Shown here piece after piece: positions 58,165-64,000 of a DNA stretch of 64,000 nucleotides. The notes under the pieces were generated by a model that was given only the letters and a program-made list of their open reading frames with translations, did not search any database and had not been told where the DNA came from. The translations under genes and the position numbers were made by a program. The DNA lies in NCBI GenBank assembly GCA_944363535.1, contig CALVUG010000001.1, forward strand, positions 16,461 to 80,460, written 5' to 3'. This DNA comes from an uncultured Bacilli bacterium. Lineage in GTDB: Bacteria; Bacillota_I; Bacilli_A; RFN20; CAG-826. The number at the start of each line of letters is the position of its first letter. The stretch's first letter is position 1.

Positions 58165-58410
58165 GGCGATAAAAAGAAGACACGCCTCTTAAATTCACCT
58201 ACTTAGCGAGTTAGGGATGGTGGAAGCCTAACGTAGATTATTTAAGGGGTATCACTTCCTAGCTGAAAGCTGAAAAAATATGAGTAAGCGATCCGGGTAG
58301 TTCCGTTATTAACTAAACGAGTGCTATAAAGAATTGTTCTTTATAGAACTAAGGTGGTACCGCGCTCAAGATGAAGCGTCCTTAGGTGGGACGTTTCATT
58401 TTCTTTTTAA
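58165..58410 (+). promoter_or_regulatory. T-box leader (Ile) of ileS
   Basis: Candidate specifier ATC followed by A (58251-58253). T-box core AAGGTGGTACCGCG at 58351-58364. Terminator CGTCC/GGACG (58377-58393) + T-rich run. TATAAT at 58153-58158. Confidence 0.88.
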
Positions 58411-58422
58411 AGGAGAGTAGTT

Positions 58423-61206
58423 ATGGAATTAAAGAAGACTCTAAAGATGCCGCACACGGACTTCGAGATGCGCGGTAACTTAGCCAAAAAAGAACCAGTC
58501 TTTCTAAAAGAATGGGAAGAAGATCATCTTTTTAGCAAGATGAACGAAAATAAAAATAAAGATTTATCTTTCGTCTTACATGATGGTCCGCCTTACGCAA
58601 ATGGGGCTATCCACTGCGGAACGACGGTGAACCGTATCTTAAAAGATATCATCGTAAGATATAAAAATATGTCTGGTTTCTACACACCTTTTAAACCAGG
58701 CTGGGATACGCATGGTTTACCAATCGAAGTGAAAGTGACGAAGTCTGGTGTCGACCGAAAGCACATGCCTGCGAGCGAATTTCGTAAGCATTGTCACGAT
58801 TACGCCTTAAGCCAAGTTGAAATTCAAAAAGCGCAATTTAAAAGATTAGGGGTCGTGGGTGATTTTGATCATCCTTACCTCACTTTATTAAAACATTACG
58901 AAGCGACGCAAATCCGTTTGTTCGCGAAGATGGCTTTAAAAGGCTACATCTACAAAGGCTTTAAACCAGTCTATTGGTCACCATCGAGTGAATCCGCTTT
59001 AGCGGAAGCGGAAATTGAATATTACGATGTCGAATCTTATAGCATCTACGTGGCTTTCAATGTTAAAGATGGTAAAGGCATTTTAAAGCCGAACGATAAA
59101 TTAGTCATTTGGACGACGACACCTTGGACCATTCCCGCTAATTTAGCTATCTCAGTTCATCCGCGTTTCATCTATGGCTTATATGAAACTAACATTGGTC
59201 GTATTGTCATCTTAAAAGAATTTGAAGAAAAATTAAAAGATGAACTTCATCTTGATAAGATGAAATTAGTAAAAGAATTTAAAGGTAGCGACTTAGAAGG
59301 TATCACCTGTATCCATCCACTTTACGAAGAAAAAGAATCGCTTGTTATCGTCGGTGAACACGTCACGAATGAAACCGGTACCGGCTTAGTGCATACCGCT
59401 CCAGGACACGGTTTAGAAGATTACGTCGTCTCTTTAAAATATCATCTACCCATCTATTGTCCAGTCGACTCATTAGGCAAATTTGATGATTCGGTCGGTC
59501 CTAGATTACAAGGGATGTTTTATGAAGACGCAAATCCTATCGTCTTAAAGATGTTAGAAGAAAAAGGTCTACTTTTAGCCTCGAATAAATTTAAACACGC
59601 TTATCCCCACGATTGGAGGACGAAAAAACCGCTCATCTTTAGGGCGACGCCACAATGGTTCTTTAAAATTGAACCTTTGAAAGCTAAATTACTAGAAGCG
59701 ATAAAAGACGTCAAATGGAAACCTAGTTGGGGCGAACTGCGCATGAGCAACATGATTAAAGATCGTTCCGATTGGTGCATCTCTAGGCAAAGACTTTGGG
59801 GCGTACCTATTCCTATCATCTATAATGAAGACGATACGCCTATCATCGATGAAGATGTCTTCGAACATATCGCCAAGTTATTCGATGAATATGGCTCCGA
59901 TATCTGGTTTGATAAAGAGGCGAAAAATTTATTACCGGAAGGTTATAAGAACTCGCATTCACCAAATGGTGGTTTCTACAAAGAAAAAGATATTATGGAC
60001 GTCTGGTTCGATAGTGGTTCATCTTTTGCTTATGCTTTAAAAGAACAGGGGGAAAAATTCCCAGCTGATCTATATTTAGAAGGAAGCGACCAATATCGTG
60101 GTTGGTTCAATTCTTCTTTAATTATTAGCGTAGCGACGCAAGGTGGAGCACCTTATAAACAAGTTATTTCTCATGGTTGGGTGATGGATGAAAATTTAAG
60201 GAAGATGTCAAAATCTTTAGGTAACGGCATCGATCCAAATCAAATTGCCAGTGTCTACGGGGCGGATGTCTTAAGACTTTATACTTCGACTATAAGTTAT
60301 GATCAAGACATGCGCATCAGCGATAATATCATCAAACAAAGTAGCGAAGTTTACCGTAAATTAAGAAATACTTTTAGATTCTTGCTCGCTAATTTAAATG
60401 AGTCTTTAGATGGCTTACCTTTTGATCCAAATAAAGTAGAAGAAGAAAGTGAATACTTCATCGATAAACTTGTTATTAACAAGTTTCACCATGTTCAAAA
60501 CGATTTTATCGAAGCGATGAAACGTTTCGATTTCGCTAGTGGGATGGCAAAGATTTTAAATTTCTTAAGCTTCGATATGTCTTCTTTTTATCTAGATATT
60601 ACTAAAGATATCTTATACTGCGAACCACTCAATTCTAAACGTCGTCTCATGGTACAAAAAGTCATCTACGAAGTATTAGAAACTTCCATGCGTCTACTTA
60701 ATCCTATCTTACCCTTTACGATGTATGAGGTGAATAAATATTTACCAGGAAGTAAAGTCGATAATCCAACGTATCTAACTTATCCTAAAACTGCTTCAGT
60801 TAGTTTTAAATTAGATGAACTTTACACTTCCTTTTTAGCGCTTCGCGATGACGTCTTAAAAGTCTTAGAAAATAAACGTCAAGAAGGAGTGATCGGCTCT
60901 TCACAAGAAGCCAGTGTCACGATGCACGTCTTAGATGAGACGTTAAATGAAGCGTTAAATAAGTTAGATAAAAAAGAATTAGCGAGACTTTTCCTCGTCT
61001 CTAGCGTCACCTTATTAGAAGCTTCAAATGGTTTAGAAAAAGGTGAAGTATCTTATCTTAAAGTAGAAAAACATCCTGGCCATAAGTGTCTAAGATGTTG
61101 GAAATATGAAGAGCCTTCGCACATGCATAAAATAGGCGAAGATGAAGTGTGCGATAGTTGCTATGAAGCGATTAAAAATATCGAGGAAGAAAGCGATGAA
61201 AAATAA
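58423..61206 (+). CDS. ileS: isoleucine--tRNA ligase
   Basis: PPYANGAIHCGT (HIGH region), KMSKSLGNG, CP1 editing domain, C-terminal Cys4 cluster (CLRCW...CDSC). Confidence 0.97.
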   Translation: MELKKTLKMPHTDFEMRGNLAKKEPVFLKEWEEDHLFSKMNENKNKDLSFVLHDGPPYANGAIHCGTTVNRILKDIIVRYKNMSGFYTPFKPGWDTHGLPIEVKVTKSGVDRKHMPASEFRKHCHDYALSQVEIQKAQFKRLGVVGDFDHPYLTLLKHYEATQIRLFAKMALKGYIYKGFKPVYWSPSSESALAEAEIEYYDVESYSIYVAFNVKDGKGILKPNDKLVIWTTTPWTIPANLAISVHPRFIYGLYETNIGRIVILKEFEEKLKDELHLDKMKLVKEFKGSDLEGITCIHPLYEEKESLVIVGEHVTNETGTGLVHTAPGHGLEDYVVSLKYHLPIYCPVDSLGKFDDSVGPRLQGMFYEDANPIVLKMLEEKGLLLASNKFKHAYPHDWRTKKPLIFRATPQWFFKIEPLKAKLLEAIKDVKWKPSWGELRMSNMIKDRSDWCISRQRLWGVPIPIIYNEDDTPIIDEDVFEHIAKLFDEYGSDIWFDKEAKNLLPEGYKNSHSPNGGFYKEKDIMDVWFDSGSSFAYALKEQGEKFPADLYLEGSDQYRGWFNSSLIISVATQGGAPYKQVISHGWVMDENLRKMSKSLGNGIDPNQIASVYGADVLRLYTSTISYDQDMRISDNIIKQSSEVYRKLRNTFRFLLANLNESLDGLPFDPNKVEEESEYFIDKLVINKFHHVQNDFIEAMKRFDFASGMAKILNFLSFDMSSFYLDITKDILYCEPLNSKRRLMVQKVIYEVLETSMRLLNPILPFTMYEVNKYLPGSKVDNPTYLTYPKTASVSFKLDELYTSFLALRDDVLKVLENKRQEGVIGSSQEASVTMHVLDETLNEALNKLDKKELARLFLVSSVTLLEASNGLEKGEVSYLKVEKHPGHKCLRCWKYEEPSHMHKIGEDEVCDSCYEAIKNIEEESDEK

Positions 61207-61879
61207 ATTTAAAACGTACGGGATGTGGTTCTTTTTATCTTTTATTTGGCTTTTCGTCTTACTTTTATTAGTGGACTTAATGACTAAATTACTATGTCAA
61301 GCTTATATAAGTGAAGGAACGCAAATATATTTGATCCCTAATTTCCTTTACGTCACCTTAACTTATAATACTGGAATGGCGTGGGGCTTATTTGGCGGAG
61401 AGACAGGAAGAATTATTTTGACGGTCGTCTCTTGGCTTGCTTCCATTATCATCATCGCTATTTACATCTGGAAATTTAAGAAACTAAATAAATTTTGGAA
61501 AGCGATGCTCGCTATGCTTTTAGCGGGGACGCTTGGCAATTTGATCGATAGAACATTTTATCCTAGTGGCGTCATCGATTGGATTGGCTTCCAATTTGGT
61601 TCTTATTTTTTCCCCGTCTTCAACTTAGCGGATTCTTATCTCGTCGTCGCTATCATCATCATCGTCATCTATCTTATCGTCGAATGGATTAAAGAATACG
61701 TTGAAGAAAAGAAAAAGGCTCCGAAGGAAGTTAAAACTTCTAATAATGATAAAAGTCATAAGAAAGCTATTCTTTCCCAAGATGAAATCGCCAAATTAGC
61801 GAAACAATTAGAAGAAGAAAAAGTTTCGAAAGAATTAGAGATTAAAGATGAAGAAAATAAAGAAGAATCTCAAGGTTAG
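61196..61879 (+). CDS. lspA: lipoprotein signal peptidase II with long charged C-terminal tail
   Basis: TYNTGMAWGLF, GNLIDR and FNLADS motifs. ATG 61196 behind GAGGAAGA overlaps the ileS end. ~60 extra Lys/Glu-rich residues at the C-terminus. Confidence 0.88.
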   Translation: MKNKFKTYGMWFFLSFIWLFVLLLLVDLMTKLLCQAYISEGTQIYLIPNFLYVTLTYNTGMAWGLFGGETGRIILTVVSWLASIIIIAIYIWKFKKLNKFWKAMLAMLLAGTLGNLIDRTFYPSGVIDWIGFQFGSYFFPVFNLADSYLVVAIIIIVIYLIVEWIKEYVEEKKKAPKEVKTSNNDKSHKKAILSQDEIAKLAKQLEEEKVSKELEIKDEENKEESQG

Positions 61880-62783
61880 TGAAGAATATTTAGGCGAACG
61901 TCTTGACGTCTATCTAAGTAAAGTTTTAGACGTGAAAAGAAAAGAAGTGCAAGAAGCGATAGAAAAAGGAGAAGTGCTCGTCTTCGGTAAGCCTTCTAAA
62001 AGTGGCTACAAAGTAAGGATAGATGATGAAATAACGCTCGATTTAACTTTGTTAGATGAAGTCGTTACAAGTCTTACTCCTGAAGATATTCCTTTAGATA
62101 TCGTCTACGAAGACGAAGATTTAATATTGATCAATAAGCCAAAAGGCTTAGTGGTCCATCCTGGGGCGGGAAATTATTCCCATACCTTAGTGAACGCGCT
62201 TCTTCATTATGCGAAAGATTTATCTTCTTTAAATGGTGCATTTAGACCCGGTATCGTCCATCGTATCGATAAAGATACGTGGGGCTTACTTCTCGTCGCT
62301 AAAAACGATAAGGCGCATGCTTATTTAGCAAAGCAATTAGAAAATCATTTGATGCATCGAAGTTACCTCGCCTTAGTGAAAGGCACTTTTCCTAATAACA
62401 AAGGTGAAATTGACGCTCCGATAGGTAGGGACCCTTCAAATAGATTAAGGATGAAAGTAAAAGCGGATGGGAAAAAGGCGATAAGTTATTACGAAGTCAA
62501 AGAAAGATTTTCCCATTACACCTTGTTAAATTTAGATTTGAAGACGGGAAGAACACACCAATTAAGGGCCCATCTTGCTTTCATCGATCATCCGATCGTC
62601 GGCGATGATTTATACGGTGGAAAATCTAGCCTTTATCAAAATGGGCAATTACTCGTCGCTTATAAAATCGTCTTTAAAAGACCGAAAGATGAAAAACTTA
62701 TGGAATTTGATATTCCATTACCGAAAGAATTTGAAGAAATTTTACTTAAATTAAAGGCCGAGGACACAAGTCCTATAATATGA
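61848..62783 (+). CDS. rluD: 23S rRNA pseudouridine synthase, RluD/RluA family
   Basis: S4-like N-terminus (RLDVYLSK), catalytic-Asp motif HRIDKDTWGLLLVAKN, RTHQLRAHL. Confidence 0.9.
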   Translation: MKKIKKNLKVSEEYLGERLDVYLSKVLDVKRKEVQEAIEKGEVLVFGKPSKSGYKVRIDDEITLDLTLLDEVVTSLTPEDIPLDIVYEDEDLILINKPKGLVVHPGAGNYSHTLVNALLHYAKDLSSLNGAFRPGIVHRIDKDTWGLLLVAKNDKAHAYLAKQLENHLMHRSYLALVKGTFPNNKGEIDAPIGRDPSNRLRMKVKADGKKAISYYEVKERFSHYTLLNLDLKTGRTHQLRAHLAFIDHPIVGDDLYGGKSSLYQNGQLLVAYKIVFKRPKDEKLMEFDIPLPKEFEEILLKLKAEDTSPII

Positions 62784-64000
62784 AGTATCTTTTATTTCGT
62801 TAAACATTTCGCTCGTATCACCAATGGAGTAATTTACTTCGCTTCGCCAAGCGCCGTATAGATTACTTTTTAAAGGTGAACCGTGCATGTATAAACTAGT
62901 TAAACCATCGCTTATGAAGTGAGTCGTGCCGTTTAAATAATTTAAATAAACTTCCGTCTCTCTTCTTTCTTGATAGTTATATAATCTTTCAATCGTTTGA
63001 TCGTGCGGGTGACCTGCGCATATGCCATAGGTTCCTGCGTAACTTTCTTCGCTAGCGGGACGGCCAGCGGAGATGATAGCGATTTGAGGATTTAATTTAT
63101 TAAGCAAAGGATAAGTAGTGGCAAGATAAGAACCATGATGAGCGACTTTTAACATGCTCACTTGATGGAAAAGCGGATTATTTAAATTATTTTCTAATAA
63201 AGAAGCTTCGCCATCGATTCCTTCATCGCCATAACTTGCTTCACCTTGTAAGTCACCATTAAAGAGTAAAGAAAAATTATTAAAATTTAATATCCCGACG
63301 ATCGAAGTGACATTTTCATCGCTATAAAGGGAAGAAGAAGTGAGGACTGGATTATATAAACCAGTATCGATCCAATCGAAAAAAGCGTTCGGGGCAAGAT
63401 AAAATCTTGAAGATAAATTATCGACCCCGTGCGTCACATCGTAAATCGAACGATATTTCGCTCCTTTGGAATAATAATTTAAACGGACGTTATCGATGTA
63501 AGCGCTTCCGTCTTGATAACCGTAATCGAAGATGTAATTAATTTTATCAAAACTGGCCGTCAAAGCGGGATAGCCACCATAATGATCAGCATGAGGATGA
63601 GTTAAGATTAAGACATCTAATTCTCTATCTGGCACGTAAGTTTGATAAATTTCACTTAAATATTGACCATAATTTGTTCCATCATCAAAACATTCACTCG
63701 CAAAATTACCGAGGTCCATGACGATGGAAATATCATCTAACATGATTAAGAAAGCGTCTCCGTATTCGACGGGTTGTTCAATACTTATTATTTCGATCGT
63801 TTCTACCTCTTCATGACTCAAAGGATTTTTGGCTTCACCTTCTGGATAACTTTCATCAATTGAAGTAAGTAATGGTGCGCTTACGTCATCTTCGACTAGT
63901 CTAACATTAGTGAGCTTACTTTCACTGACTAAATCTAGATAAGTTTGATTAACTTCTCTTTCTTCTACTTCGAAGATGATATCTTTACTTTTATCTTTGT
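62751..64000 (-). CDS. MBL-fold metallo-hydrolase (ComEC-type beta-lactamase domain), N-terminus outside the window
   Basis: LILTHPHADHYGG and KVAHHGS motifs. The reading frame stays open from the track's TTG (63821) to nt 64000, so the gene probably starts beyond the window. Confidence 0.75.
   Translation of the reverse strand, partial: KDKSKDIIFEVEEREVNQTYLDLVSESKLTNVRLVEDDVSAPLLTSIDESYPEGEAKNPLSHEEVETIEIISIEQPVEYGDAFLIMLDDISIVMDLGNFASECFDDGTNYGQYLSEIYQTYVPDRELDVLILTHPHADHYGGYPALTASFDKINYIFDYGYQDGSAYIDNVRLNYYSKGAKYRSIYDVTHGVDNLSSRFYLAPNAFFDWIDTGLYNPVLTSSSLYSDENVTSIVGILNFNNFSLLFNGDLQGEASYGDEGIDGEASLLENNLNNPLFHQVSMLKVAHHGSYLATTYPLLNKLNPQIAIISAGRPASEESYAGTYGICAGHPHDQTIERLYNYQERRETEVYLNYLNGTTHFISDGLTSLYMHGSPLKSNLYGAWRSEVNYSIGDTSEMFNEIKDTSYYRTCVLGL

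Noticed and set aside
63819-63821. TTG given by the ORF track as the start of the MBL-fold gene
   Set aside because: The frame is open upstream to the window edge and the upstream translation looks protein-like. It is treated as an internal codon of a 5'-truncated gene.
1-64000. UGA-as-Trp recoding (genetic code 4), expected for many Mollicutes
   Set aside because: TGA terminates well-supported genes exactly where the homologs end and the next gene starts (glgB 41913-41915, PepV-like 5456-5458, DUF45 47230-47232, the 157-aa cassette ORF 17373-17375). No housekeeping ORF is broken by TGA. Code 11 fits.
1-64000. Search for tRNA/rRNA genes, CRISPR arrays, IS elements, integrases, phage genes and flanking direct repeats around the 14.5-17.8 kb cassette
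   Set aside because: No intergenic gap has cloverleaf-like or repeat-spacer structure. No transposase/recombinase-like ORF is present. I saw no direct or inverted repeats bracketing the cassette, so a mobile-element call cannot be supported.

Overview
Gene-dense, low-GC chromosomal segment on a Firmicutes/Mollicutes-type housekeeping backbone. It carries five aminoacyl-tRNA synthetases (leuS partial, tyrS, thrS, pheST, ileS), three of them behind T-box leaders. It also carries rpsD, infC-rpmI-rplT, dnaB/dnaI, the operon ackA-nrnA-dnaE-polA-fpg/coaE, pfkA-pyk-glk, glgB-glgP, ezrA-nifS-thiI and mraZ-rsmH-ftsA-ftsZ. Three things suggest a wall-less, genetic-code-11 Mollicute (Acholeplasma-like); this is inference, not a database result. 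TGA is used as a stop (glgB 41913-41915, end of the PepV-like ORF 5456-5458). The dcw cluster has no mur/pbp/ftsW genes. ThrRS lacks the TGS domain. No rRNA, tRNA, CRISPR array, transposase or integrase was seen. The strongest candidate for something undescribed is a tightly coupled three-gene cassette on the minus strand (14509-17846). It is wedged between thiI and the rplT terminator and is visibly poorer in CG-containing and C-ending codons than its neighbours. It encodes a putative lipoprotein, a ~760-aa exported protein with two separate papain-fold-like Cys/His motif sets, and a four-TM protein. Secondary items: a LemA plus 615-aa two-TM protein operon; two in-frame gene fusions (ECF S-component-like domain + PepV dipeptidase; Fpg + CoaE); a DnaI with eroded Walker motifs; a triple DnaA-box-like cluster; a MraZ operator-like 10-bp repeat; a non-AUG infC start; and several candidate leaderless genes. 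All calls come from reading the translations and sequence by eye; no searches were run.
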